The notes beneath the pieces were generated by a model that was not told the DNA's origin, searched no databases, and was given only the letters and a program-made list of their open reading frames with translations. From assembly GCF_006345805.1 (NCBI RefSeq), contig NC_042998.1, positions 43,834,001 through 43,898,000 on the forward strand: 64,000 nt of DNA, given 5' to 3'. Position 1 is the first letter of the stretch; each line of letters begins with the position of its first letter. The translations under genes were made by a program, and so were the position numbers. Source of the stretch: Octopus sinensis (taxonomy: Eukaryota). Shown piece after piece: positions 1 to 13,654 of this stretch.

Positions 1-168
1 ATGTAAACGTAGCGGTCAAGGGTTATTTAAGACACACGCCATCAGATCACTTATTAGTTTTGGGATCTTTTAATCACCATCAGCGCTATTCGATATATAT
101 ATATTATATATATATATATATATATACCTGTGGTGCCAAATTAATCAGATCAAATAGCGGTGATGGTG

Positions 169-222
<54 letters not shown>

Positions 223-309
223 CACACACACACACATATATATATATACATACATACATATATGTATGCATATATATGTGTATGTACTGAGACAATTCAA
301 GTATTCTCT

Positions 310-900
310 TTACGGTAATGAATTGCTTTAATCAATATACACTATTCATATTTCAGCTTCATTAATCTCCCACGCACTATTGACACAACCTTCAGAAATA
401 AATTCCAGTTCTTTTCATCAAAAGAATTTCTATTCCACTTGAAAAACAGACTATTCCTCTAATAATATCTTCATCCCCTAAGTTTGTCTTTAAATAGTTT
501 CGTGATGCCAGTTTTCTTTATCTTATCTACATCTATCAGGCCTAAATATTTGTAACCTTCAGTATCTTGCTGATTTATCATTGTTTCATCAGGAAAGTAT
601 CCTATTACATTCTAACATTGCCCTTGTATTATTATCGGTAGTTATCCACATTTTCTATAGCTATGCTGCATGCTAATTACTCATTAAAATCCAGCACTGA
701 CTGCTACAACCAAGGATATATCTGATGTATGTAATTATAAAACATCGCCTTCAAATATTTTATATGTGCATTATTTTACATCACATAGCTTCCCCTTCGA
801 TACACCGCCATCCTTGCATATTACGAACGTTGCTAATATTAGACAGTTATCCCTTTAAGTTTTTATCCAGCCGCATTTAAAATATCCTAAAAATGTTAAG
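310..900 (-). mobile_element. Heavily decayed non-LTR retrotransposon RT fragment (R4/Dong-like)
   Basis: Minus-strand translation at 520-600 reads ..DTEGYKYLGLIDVDKIKK.., matching the QTYKYLGIHELDK segment of the R4-like element at 34.5 kb. Many stops and frameshifts; boundaries approximate. Confidence 0.4.
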
Positions 901-1394
901 AAAATAGGTTGTATTTTTTCACATTTCTATAGATATCATACTCCCTGTTACCCAGTTTCGTATCTAAATATTTGCATCAATGGAATGTCTTTGGTATTTG
1001 TACTATTTAAACATAACACTGCAAATTTTGTGAATAGCTTTCTGCAAACACTTTATATTTATTTATACATATAGAAATCGAACTTTCCAGAACAGGCTCT
1101 TTTCACGGCGGATATTTCGAAGTAAAAACAAATATTATTCACTGAAATTATATTATCAATTCAGGAAATATAATGAAGAACATTACTGAAAATCGTTTTT
1201 TTTTTCTTTTTCCTTTTCCATGAATACTTTCTTATACATATCAAAGATTGATGTTTTATAATTATTCTGAAGTTCATTAAAGTTGATTAGTTCTGATTGA
1301 ACACGCAGTTATCTAGATTTCATTATAGTTGTGGTAGTGATATGAGCATATGCCCTTGTGTATGTATATGTGTACATGTGTATACATACATACA

Positions 1395-1430
<36 letters not shown>

Positions 1431-1538
1431 TAAATATATATATATGTGTATATATGTATATATATATATGTATATATGTATATATACATATATGTATATC
1501 TATATATATATATGTATTTATATATATTATATATATAT

Positions 1539-1768
1539 CACAATCAAGGAACAGCCATAATAGGCCATTCACCCACTAAAATAACAGCCAAAAAGCTTCA
1601 ACCGCAAAATAACATTAATTCTGTAAACCAGGAGAAAATTAAAAAAACATTTACCCTGAAATTCCTTATACGATGCACCGTTTCGTCTACTAGTTATTTT
1701 GCGGTTGAAGCTTTTTGGCTGTTATTTCTAGTGGGTGAATGGCCTATTATGGCCGTTCCTTGATTGTG
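1539..1768. mobile_element. MITE with ~74-bp near-perfect TIRs, CAC...GTG termini, 2-bp AT TSD (CMC/EnSpm-like ends)
   Basis: 5' CACAATCAAGGAACAGCCATAATAGGCCATTCACCCACTAAAATAACAGCCAAAAAGCTTCAACCGCAAAATAAC is the reverse complement of about 1693-1768, with one mismatch and one indel. Flanked by AT on both sides. Confidence 0.85.
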
Positions 1769-1963
1769 ATATTGAACTTAAAAATGGTTTATGACTATTT
1801 AATTTTTTCCCACTAGGCCGCTGGAGGCAAAAGAATTCTACAAAATTTTTTTGCCTCCCTATATTGATTAATTATTATATATATATGTATATATCTATGT
1901 ATTTATCTATCTATATATCTATATATATGTATATATCTATTTATCTATATATATATATATATC

Positions 1964-2015
<52 letters not shown>

Positions 2016-2020
2016 CAGTA

Positions 2021-2052
<32 letters not shown>

Positions 2053-2445
2053 TATATATATATATATAGGTGTGTATAAAACTTTCAGGCAATGTCTCTT
2101 GAATGCTTCTTAACGTCAATGTTTATAGAGAAAATTATTACCTATGAAGCCAGCCAAGGGGCCTGCTCGAAACTGCAGCTTTAAGAACCCAGATACTTAC
2201 CCATTACACCAGACATTCAAATATAAGGACTAGTCTCACCTTCGTTACCCAAGCTAATGGAACCGAAAGAAATGTAGTGGTCTGTGTCAAATATATACAC
2301 CAATTCCCATTTTAATTTTAAGCACGTAGACAAAATCAAAACAGAAAGTTAACAGGCCATATCTGGAATCAAAGGACAGCAGTATGCCACAGATCTTCAA
2401 GTAGCACAATTGATATACATGTCTTTCTTATTTGCGTCCTGTTAG

Positions 2446-2481
2446 GCATCATCAGATTAGCGTTGTAGCGGACACTGGATG
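2446..2481 (+). other. Candidate 36-nt upstream exon of the innexin gene
   Basis: Pyrimidine-rich acceptor TCTTTCTTATTTGCGTCCTGTTAG| and consensus donor |GTAAGT. Phase 2-2, in frame with the innexin acceptor at 3934/3935, adding HHQISVVADTGW. Confidence 0.35.
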
Positions 2482-2670
2482 GTAAGTTCTCAGCAGGTGA
2501 GGAAAATGGGGCTATGAATGTACCTGAACCTCCATAAACAGAATATGATATTTTCCTTGTCTCAATATATCTCATACTTTTATCATACATTATAAATATG
2601 CCTTGTAATATTTCACTCTGCAAGGTTCAACTGTCACAAAAACACAGTCATTCAGATAGAAGGGAAGATC

Positions 2671-2717
<47 letters not shown>

Positions 2718-2935
2718 GCAAACACATATACGTATGTTGATTTCTAGGTTAGGTGCAATGTTAAATTTTAGGGAAGAGTTGCTTATATACACAAAAGAAA
2801 TATAAAAAATGACCCCTATATGAATTTTAATTCAGATCGTAGAAATGCAGCATTTTAGCACTAGACATTTTGTTCGGCGCTCTAACGATTCCGCAATCCG
2901 TCACTCTTTCTTTCTCGCCCCTTCTCTTCCCCAAA

Positions 2936-2937
<2 letters not shown>

Positions 2938-3003
<66 letters not shown>
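2938..3003. repeat. (TC)n microsatellite
   Basis: Pure TC dinucleotide run. Confidence 0.95.
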
Positions 3004-3639
3004 ACGAACACATTGATTTCTAACGTAAGCACATGCAATAAAAATGTACGGAAGTCGATTATAATTCCCAATTCTTGGATGCTGCCAGCCAAAGGAAATT
3101 TTCATTTGGAACTTATATATCTCATACTGAAAACCAAAACATTTGATAGGTATCACATTTGATAAATCATAATAATTAACACACCGATCATAATAACATT
3201 TACCATGTTCCTTCCCGAAAGTTTTCCTTTCTACCTGGAAGCAAATCAAACAGAAGTATTCTGAAAAGGAAACTGCACTATTGTTTTAAGCAAAAATTGA
3301 CACGTTGTCGCTGGTTAGTTGAAGAATTAAACAAATAATGTTCTAAGTATATGTTCATATATATACAGCTTTTTAATTTCATTTCGTCTTTTATAATTCC
3401 GGAAAACTCATCATATCTTAGAATTTTTTAAAGATATCAAACGTTGTTCTCACGCGTGTGGCACTTAATTCCAGAAGTACAAGTGGCGGTAAGTAAAGAG
3501 TAAAAATTCTGGTTTCAAATCCAATAATAGATGCCTCTGCCTTTCATCTGTTCTATATTGATAAAATAAGCATCATTAATATACGGTTACTAATTCAAAT
3601 AACAACATCCTTATATAATATAATAGCTTCATCTAATAA

Positions 3640-3649
3640 TAACAACGAC

Positions 3650-3680
<31 letters not shown>

Positions 3681-3701
3681 TAATAATAATAATAATAATA
3701 A
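3640..3701. repeat. (AAT)n microsatellite
   Basis: AAT trinucleotide run upstream of the innexin exon. Confidence 0.9.
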
Positions 3702-3899
3702 TGGCCTTTGGTTTAGACACAAAAGCAGCTGTTTTGAAAGGTACTTTATTTTATCGAGTCCAAAAAGATGAAAGGCAAGTTTTCTCACTGGGATTTGAAC
3801 TCAATATGATAATGCTTCGGTCTCCCCAGTGCCAATAGAAGCAACTAAATGATGTAATTTTAAAGAGATGTGTATGGTAACATAAATACGTAATGTTGA

Positions 3900-5141
3900 A
3901 TGAAATTGAATATCTGTTTTCGTTTTTCTTCCAGGTTAAATTCATTACTTGGAGGTTTTGCAACTTACTCTCGGCTAAAGGGATCAAATGATGATGACTG
4001 GGCAGATCGATGCAACCACCTTTACACAGTCCTTCTACTGGCATTGTTCAGCATTTTTGTTAGTACAGGCCAATATGTCGGTGACCCGATCCAGTGCTGG
4101 TGTCCGGCAGAGTTCACGTCTGCATTTGTTGCATATACGAAGTACTATTGCTGGATTTCCAATACCTATTATATACCAATGCGTGATGTAATACCAAGTG
4201 AAATCCACTGGCGTGAATCAAAAGAAATCAACTACTACCAGTGGGTCCCTATAATCCTTCTTTTTATGGCCCTTATGTTTAAAATACCTTGCATTATTTG
4301 GCGTGTATTCAATGGCGCATCTGGCGTGAGCCTAGAGAAAATTGTTGATCTCACAGCAGCTACACAGATAGGATCACCAGTCACAAGGGATCAAACGATC
4401 CATCACATTGCTATTTATATGGACCGTTGGCTCGAAACACATCGAGAATATCATTGGAATGTTATTGTGCGTATCAGACAGAAAATTGCCAAATTCTGCT
4501 GTTTCTTTTGTGGAAAACGCGAAGGCACTTACTTAACAGGATTCTATCTATTTATTAAGATGCTATATGTAGTAAATGTTTACAGTCAGTTTTTTATCCT
4601 AAATGCCTTTCTTGGTCACAACTTTTATTCGATGTTTGGTTTTGAAGTTGTAGAAAATTTAGCAAAGAACTACGAATGGAGAGAATCGCACCGCTTTCCT
4701 CGGGTAACTCTTTGCGATTTTCAAATCAGGCAGCTGCAAAATATCCATCGCTATACTGTTCAGTGTGTCTTGCCGATCAACCTTTTCAATGAGAAAATAT
4801 TTATATTCATTTGGTTTTGGTTGGTGTTGATTTCGGCTGCTACTAGTGGTAACTTTCTTTTTTGGATATACCGTGTTGTATTTCGGCAAAATCGTGTAAA
4901 ATATATAAAGAAATATTTAAAAATTACCAACAATATTCATACAATAGCCGATAAGAAACTGGCCAGACGATTCGCTGATCAATATTTACGAGACGATGGG
5001 ATATTCGTTCTTCGACTCGTGAGCAAAAATTCTAACGATATGGTGCTCTCCGACCTAGTCCAGGAACTATGGAGAATATTTAGAAATAAGCCACATATTA
5101 TAAAAGATTTACCTGAAGAGACTGGTCGCCCATCGATATGA
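3900..5141 (+). CDS. inx: Innexin (gap junction / unc-9-like family), intronless coding exon; true exon probably starts at 3935
   Basis: 413-aa open frame with family motifs DDDWADRxNHLYT, QYVGDPIQCWCP, YCW, YYQWVP, FPRVTLCDF, QCVLPINLFNEKIFIFIWFW and YLRDDGIFVLRL, four hydrophobic TM segments and two extracellular Cys pairs. The first 12 codons overlap a polypyrimidine tract ending CCAG|G at 3934/3935, so they are probably intronic. Confidence 0.97.
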   Translation: MKLNICFRFSSRLNSLLGGFATYSRLKGSNDDDWADRCNHLYTVLLLALFSIFVSTGQYVGDPIQCWCPAEFTSAFVAYTKYYCWISNTYYIPMRDVIPSEIHWRESKEINYYQWVPIILLFMALMFKIPCIIWRVFNGASGVSLEKIVDLTAATQIGSPVTRDQTIHHIAIYMDRWLETHREYHWNVIVRIRQKIAKFCCFFCGKREGTYLTGFYLFIKMLYVVNVYSQFFILNAFLGHNFYSMFGFEVVENLAKNYEWRESHRFPRVTLCDFQIRQLQNIHRYTVQCVLPINLFNEKIFIFIWFWLVLISAATSGNFLFWIYRVVFRQNRVKYIKKYLKITNNIHTIADKKLARRFADQYLRDDGIFVLRLVSKNSNDMVLSDLVQELWRIFRNKPHIIKDLPEETGRPSI

Positions 5142-5578
5142 ACAAAATATGCTTTTCTGTTAGCTGTCCCAAAACTTATATGAAATTAGACAGCTAGCAC
5201 TATGTCTGCATTGGAATGGAAAACATCTTCGAAATGGCTTCAAGTGGCAGAGAAAGAAATATTTGGATTGGATCTATATGAAAATTTAAAACAAAAATGT
5301 GAATTCTTTCTGTGATATTAAATTTTCAGGTTAAACAGAGTCGAAAAAAAAAAGTCTTTTTAAGGAAAATTAAAGACATGAGTGTTTTAAGTAGTAATAC
5401 AATAAAACATCACCAAGCAAGTACAAAATCAACAAAACATATAAAACATAAAAAACCCAGCGATAATAAAGATAATTATAATAATATCATTAGCAAAGAT
5501 AATAATAATGAAATAATAAGGATGATGACGATGATGACGACTATGATGATAATAATGGTGATAATAAAAATAATAATA

Positions 5579-5609
<31 letters not shown>

Positions 5610-6200
5610 TAGAAATAATAAATAATGCGTAAATTTGGAATACAATTTAACAAAGAAGGGCCTAAGTAGTCAGAACTTATATCATATAAACTCATTAAAC
5701 TCTGTAACCCATTCAAGATAATAAATCATACAGTAACATATATATGTATGAATATGTATATATATATATACATATATATAAGCACACACACATATATATG
5801 TATATATGTTGTAAATATGTATACTTTTGCTCGTGAAGTTAAATAGTAAATTGAGTTGATGAAGCATAATGGTCAAACTACATCAAATAAAGTTCGAAAG
5901 TTGAATAATTAATGTTTGAAATGTTGATTTTGAAACTGTTTCAAATCACCGTCCAGTTTAAATATGTGCAGGACATCGAGAATAGGTTTCAGAGATCTAC
6001 ATTAAAAAATATATATAAAATGTATTACATCTAAGACGTTTGTGTAACTGTAATGTGAAAATAATATTTAATTATAGTGTTAATTGTATAACTTATATTT
6101 ATTTATTACAAGTGGTATCGATATATGTTTCAAGGGAAAGGTATTTCAAAAGTGAAATCGAATAATCGAACATTATTTTTAATTCATAGGTATGTAAAAT
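5142..6200 (+). other. Probable innexin 3' UTR
   Basis: AT-rich sequence after the stop, with AATAAA hexamers near 5401, 5464 and 5885. The actual poly(A) site is unknown. Confidence 0.4.
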
Positions 6201-6701
6201 GTTCTCACCATATCATAAAACTGCTTATATAATAGTTGGAGATAATATACACACACTCACACACACAAACACACACACACACACACATACACTCACGTAT
6301 ATATAAAGCGACCAAAATGTAGTACTACTTCCTTGGTGTTTTGCATTTCGGTCGCTCCATGGTGTCTAAGAAACTTATGATTTAGGGAAGGTAGATCAGA
6401 AAGGGAAACTCCGCGACATATTAAATAGTAAATTCAATTTAATGTTCATGACGTTGATGATAGTTGTATCAAACGAAAAACTATATCTGATCTTTTTGGA
6501 AACTTTGAGAGGATACTTAAGTCTTTTAACGGTCAATCATCAGTATAGGTGTATAACATACCACTAAATTCAAGTTACCTTAATGAGAAATGAAACAACA
6601 TCAGGTTCAAGTCTCCAACATGTATCTGTTGGGTAAAATGAGCTATGCATTATGTATTTATGTGTATACTTATATACATATATGTGTGTATACATGCATA
6701 C

Positions 6702-6749
<48 letters not shown>

Positions 6750-8029
6750 GTATATATATATATGTATGTATATGTATGTATGTTTACATGTAATATTTAT
6801 ATATGTGTGTACACATCTATATATACATAGGTATATATGTACATTATATATACATACACACATATCTATAAAGAACAGATCATTACCTGAGATAATACAA
6901 CAATTATCAAATGATTAACCTCTCCAAAAGATTACAAAGTAGATTAAGAAATTTTTCAACATTGAACAGCCTGTAAGGATTTTCCAACACCAGTATATTT
7001 AACTAAAAGGAGATTAATGACTAAAAACAAACACTGTAGATTGATTTTTGTTTTGTTTTTAGAAAAAGATTGACACTGTTTTGATTTATCTAATTTTTTT
7101 TTCATATCTCGTGCAATTAGCAGACGTTGTTGTATGGTAGTATCTTAAAAACTGCAATTGTGACATCCCAAATGTTAAATGAGATATTCAGGGTTTAAAC
7201 TACGCAAGGCTTCCAAACCAAAAGTCATACTGTAGAGTCTTTCAAAACATTTCAAATAATTTAAAACCTGAACAAAATTGAAACGCATCAAAAAATGCAT
7301 ATGGTAAACGAAACAAACAAATAAATAGTGAAATATCAATATTGACTCACCGCATATACAGGACGAGTGAATTTATTAATTTCATAATTATATAAATTAA
7401 TAAAGTTTTCAATTTTCATTCACGTTCTGGTGATCATTGGTGTTGTGACATGAGGAAAAGAGGTGCTGATAGTTAGATGTACTGTTCGGAATAATTCCCC
7501 AAAGAGTTGGTAATTTTTAACAGGCGTTAAACAAAATATAAAATTGCTATTCTATACTCGTAAAGCATGGACACTAAAAAAACACGCATACATATATATG
7601 TGTATGTATGTATATATATGAATAAATATATATGTATAACTATTTGTATGTATAAGTATATAAATACATGTGTTTATGTGTGTGTGTGCGTGTTTCAACT
7701 AGGTATGTTTGATGTGCATGTGTATGGATTACTTAAAGCAAATCCATTAAAAGGAATCTCCAGATATAATTATCAGTTTAATTAATTTTTTTCTAGATAT
7801 TTTTTAAAAATTAAAAATACATTTTATTGCTTTCATAAAATGTTTGAAAAAAATCCAGTCTTTTTCAAATTCAAATCAAATGGCGGTTTGGTTATATCTT
7901 CAATCTTAACAAGTTTTGGTAAGCTAAATTACTTTTGCAAAAGGTCATAAAAATCTACTTATTAATTTAAAATTTTATTTTCCAGCCAAAATCTGCCTTT
8001 TATAAAATGTTTAAATATAAATAACTGTA

Positions 8030-8095
<66 letters not shown>

Positions 8096-8313
8096 CATAT
8101 ATATACATACATATGTATATATATATATATGTACGTATATGAATGAGTAAGGATATATGCCTGTCTATATCCGAAAAGTATGCGTAGTGATTATACGCAT
8201 TGCAACTAATTTCTTTAACCGAATTTTACATTTGCTTTTTTACTTGTTTTCTTTATTACATATGCAAGACGTTATAAATTATAATATAACGTTTATATGT
8301 GTGTGTGTGTGTA

Positions 8314-8369
<56 letters not shown>

Positions 8370-9809
8370 CTAAATCTCTCATATATATGCAATACTTAGA
8401 AATTCCAATTTCTGTAGATATATATGATGCCAAGATAATTGACTGGTGTCCTCATTGACAGAAGGTAAACATAGGAGGAAATATTTGATGAATAAAATAT
8501 AAATGAAACAAAAATAGAAATGTTTAAATCGAGAATTTTTTTAAAAGTAATAATTATATCCCTCTGAAGCTAAAGACACTGTATTATATATTTTTCTTTC
8601 CTCAGTATTGTTTTTGACTTCGTATTTACTGAGATTATAAGGACTTTGTAATGTTTACTATATTTCATCTAATTTATATAATTTCATTTGACATTGTATC
8701 TGTTAGTAACAATTTTCTCTCTAAAACCGGTTCTCAATGGAGAATGTGCGATCAGAAGCAATGCATTTACATACATACAACACAGTAACATCAATTAAAA
8801 AGCAAATACACACATACACACACGCAAGGACGCACATGCACATACACACACTCATCACAGGCATACACACATAGGTATATGATTGTGAATATTTGAACCT
8901 TAGAATTATTTCTATAAGTTTATCTCGCATTTCCTCTTAAGTTTTCAACACATTAATTAATGTACAGGTTATTTCTTATCTTAATATTTGCTCAACAAGA
9001 AGCTCATCTGTTTTTAATTGTTCTTAAAACTGTCAACAGGGGATAATTATTGTATAATCCTCCTTATAGTTGTGCTAAGAACAGATGAATCACTCGCTGA
9101 GCGACTATTGAACTAAACACGCCTATGCACTTCACAAATACACGAACATATCAACACACACACACATACATCCGCATACGTGCACACACAAATATATATA
9201 TATATTTACACACACATATCGATAGCTTTATGTTAAGCATGTAAAGGTAGAATCTATTTGCATATTATATTGAAATATATCTCCAAAGCCAAAACGTTCA
9301 TTTTCAGATAATGTTTGGCGGGTAAATACATAAATTATTTAAAAGTGCTTTATTGGCAGTATAAACGAATGCGTGAGGTTAAATAATTAAGTCAATCTAA
9401 AAAGCATTCCTGTCAAAGCAATGCTGTTGAATAAATACTACAAGCTCATCCACCTTACATTCATTCATGTCATGTGCAGGCTCTTAATTTTGTCCTCAGC
9501 ATATTGTTCTTTTTAATGTTATTGTCCATTCAGTTAATGAGTATAATTGGTATATGATTCGTGGTTTTTACTTATGGCTAACTGTCGTCTTAACTTTAAA
9601 ATATGTGCTTTAACAGTGGGAGTTAAATATGTAAGGATAAGTAAGCTGGTTTATTTTTTTTGTCTTAAAATCTCTTTTACATATCGTTCTTGAAGTTACT
9701 TAGATATTTTCACGTGTTTACTTGTGTCACTCAACAATTTTTACATTTAAGTCATCAAATTGTTACATATATATATATGTGTGTGTGTGTGTGTGTTTGT
9801 GTGCCTGTG

Positions 9810-9856
<47 letters not shown>

Positions 9857-11440
9857 TAAGAAGATGATAAACATTTTCGTTTTGGAGACATTCCAGTTTT
9901 TCTTTGAATTGTTACCTCTTCATGAGGATATTTATTCCTGATGTTTAAAATACGTTCCTTAAAATTATATTCTTAGTCGCAACATCTTTGTTTACTAGTT
10001 CGTTCTTTCTTATACATTGAAAGTATGAGATCGAAAAAAAAAATTCTTAATACATTAATGCTTTGAATAGTTTATCTCTCAACTTACTCAAACTTGCAGC
10101 TGGGATGTTGCTCTTGTTCTATCATTTTTTGTTCCTCCAAAATTTTAAATGGTTCTATTCATTTAACGTGCAGACGAAAACCATCTACCCCCAAATATGT
10201 AATGTGGGTTTGAGACAATGTGTAAGCGTTAATTATACAACTGGGAAGTTGCAATAACCATGTTTCGATAACTGACAACGCTATGTCCAACTTCTACTAC
10301 GAATGTGAAAAAGTTAATTGATACATAAACCAAAATAGTCTTTTCTGAATACTATGTAGTTGCTACTACTTTTCAATGATTATGTTTTCTATCGATTTAC
10401 TTATCATTTATTATGATAGGTATTTCATCAGAATTTACCTATCGGCTTTCCTATAAACATTTAATAAAAGTAGAAAATTATAGCCATTTTAGAGTATTAT
10501 ATATCATTTTTGCTTAAAATGGTGTCATATATAAACTAAATAATAACTGTTTTCAAATTATTTCAGCTTGCGGTCACAATTATATATCTATTACAATATG
10601 ACTAAACATCCCAAGTCTTCAATACTAGAATTGTGACTCGTTGTCGCTACTAAAAGTAAAATAGCACAATCAATATATTTATAAAAGTATGCCTGAACTT
10701 AGTAGTATTGAGAGTTAATACATAGATTTAATATCAATTATCCTTTCAAGAAAAATGGAAGAACACACACAATAAAACTAAATTAGCAGCAAAGAAATGA
10801 TTAATGATGTTACATGAAGTATTTTGTAACTAATAGTATATTTCAGCCTGGATGTTGAAGATAATCTATGATGATTATCCTTGAAGAGCCTGCTTAGTCG
10901 CTCATCTGTCAATGACCTATTTCTCAGTTTCGTATACTTGAAGTCAATAAATAATTTTATTTATAATTATTAATAACCAACAAATTATTAAATTTATCGT
11001 CCACTTTGTAAAAACCCATTGATAATATTCAGATGAATGATTTCGACTCGCCACTTACGCGTATCCTATTTAAATGTAGACTCAATATCAAATAAATCAA
11101 CTAAAATTGTTTTAACTGTAATATAAAAGTAATTCAGTAGGATATCAAATTTTATTTAAGTCTTTTTTTCACATGTTAACGATCGAAATACTCTGCAGTG
11201 CTAACCGACATATACTTGAAATAAAGCTTAACATATAGCTATTTACTCTCAACTAAATTTACTAGGAGAATTGTTTACTTTTGCAGACCAAAATAATCAT
11301 CAATGCACTCATATGTAAATAAATACGTACGTACGTATGTATATATCACTTTCTATCCATCTATTTATACATACACACCCTCACACAAATATATATGCAC
11401 ACGCACACACAAACACATATACATATACATTCATACATAC

Positions 11441-11494
<54 letters not shown>

Positions 11495-11503
11495 ATGTAT
11501 ATG

Positions 11504-11544
<41 letters not shown>

Positions 11545-13587
11545 ATATGTATGTATGTATATATATATATATATAAAGTTCCCTGTCTTGATTCTTGATA
11601 CTGTCGCAGAAATTTCTAATTAGGTGTTTACCTTGATAGTGAAGTAACTAGCAAAAGGCCTACTGTCTGTGTCTCACTATTGCCGTTCTGATACGATTAC
11701 AATGAAGGTAACCTAAGTAGGCCAGTCTACTTAATTATATGTTCTTTGTTACTGCATTTATTCGTTGTAAGCGGTATATATCATTGTGTTGAGCTAAAAT
11801 CATCCCGTGCTCACGACGTGTCTTCCTACAGCCAAACACTTTGAAAACTGAATTCAAATCAACCGCATAACTTCATCCCCTGTATGTGGGCAGCGGTACA
11901 AAAATGAAAAATAAAAAGAAAGAAAATACCATTCGGTATACTAAACATGAGCTATCACAGCCAGCACCAGTGAAGTACATTGTATATGTTTGAAAAATCA
12001 ATATCATCTATTCACGTAGTTAGTTGCAAATTGTTTTAAACTGTATATGATGATCCTCAATTCCATCTATAAGAATATCAAAAGATCCTAACCTAAGATC
12101 ATTCATTGCCTTATGCAGAATTATATACAATTCGTGAATTATGCTAAAACGAATATTTTGTGATCTATATAACTTTAGATGTTTTATTATATATTTCATC
12201 CAACCACACATTACCAACTTCATTTATATTTAACAGACAATGGTACGCAATTGGCAACCAATATCTAAGTAGTTAGATTTGGAAACTTTTACATGTCACT
12301 GAGTTGTGTCTTTTCAGACATTTTATTGGTGCTATTATAAATACAGCTGATGCTCTTATACTCTTATTCAGCTCTCTGATAAGTCAGTAATCTTCCAATA
12401 ATTATGTGCCAAAGAGCCGAATTTATCCCACTACTGCATTTTTCTTCTTGCGAATTTACTTGATTCTATCATTATGTCAATTCTCAGAAGAACAGTTGTC
12501 TACAAACTCACTTATTCCAATATATTATTTATTACTTAACAATAGAGCAAACAAGTACATCATATAATATATTCAATATATTAGTTAATCTATTTTCATA
12601 TTTTTCTCAGATACTATCTTTGTATTTTAGTACACACGTTTTAATATTTTTCTTTTTTAGTCACACTTCTAAATGGCATCTCCTTCCTTGTTCGAAGAAA
12701 GCTAATCCAATTGGAGTTTTAAAATGAGCAATTTTATATACGTTTTCAGTAGTATAATTATCACTAGATTTCACTAAATTCTATGATCCCTATCCAAAAC
12801 TGTTCACATTATTTCTTCTTATCCAAATGTATATTGAACTTACGATAAATTCTCAATAAATTTAATTTATTCTATTCAAATTTATTCTTTTCAAATTCAA
12901 ATAGAATGCATTTAATATATTCTATTCAAACTGTGGTCATATTGTTGACCCTATCAAACGGGGTGGTATGCATTAAAACAATTATTCATTTTAAAAGTTA
13001 TTTAAATTATCTGTATAAAATGCTTGATGTTGAAGCCTCTCACCGTATAGCTAGAATCATCAAATAATTCTGTTTTGCAAGCAAATTGAACAGTGCTTAG
13101 GACGGTTGTTCAGACTATCTTTGACTTTTATTAAGTTACCAAATATGTATTGCACTTTTTTAAGCATTTTCTTTATTCGCGTTCATGACTGCATTTTCAC
13201 ATTCGCAAAATTACCTCTCATCTGCGTCACCACAACATTAAACTATTCTATTTCAATAATCTACTGTGGCGTTGCTAATTTCCTAGGATTAATGTATGTC
13301 CCAATTACGTTAATTTGTAAATAAGCTAAATTTCAATGATAATTACCTATTCTACGCCATTCCTAAACAATGAAGGATCTTTCAAGATTTCTCTTAGTCG
13401 AATGCCCTTAGCAGTAGAATTGTCTGAAGGCCCTTAACTCAAAAATATTCCTCGACTATTTACTCATAAGTATTGTTATATCATAGATAAAGACGATTTT
13501 TATGCATGCACACGCACGCATACACACACAGACACTCACACGCACACGCAATTTATATAATATAATAACTAATATATGATATATACA

Positions 13588-13654
<67 letters not shown>

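Noticed and set aside
2369-2623. 84-aa minus-strand ORF
   Set aside because: No recognisable motif; lies antisense to the candidate innexin upstream exon.
3900-3934. ATG at 3900 as the innexin start
   Set aside because: Not fully excluded, but the segment has the features of an intron 3' end (pyrimidine tract + CAG), so it was down-weighted.
12300-13450. Possible very old LINE remnants (APE-like words on the minus strand)
   Set aside because: Only isolated residues resemble motifs, with many stops; cannot be supported by eye.
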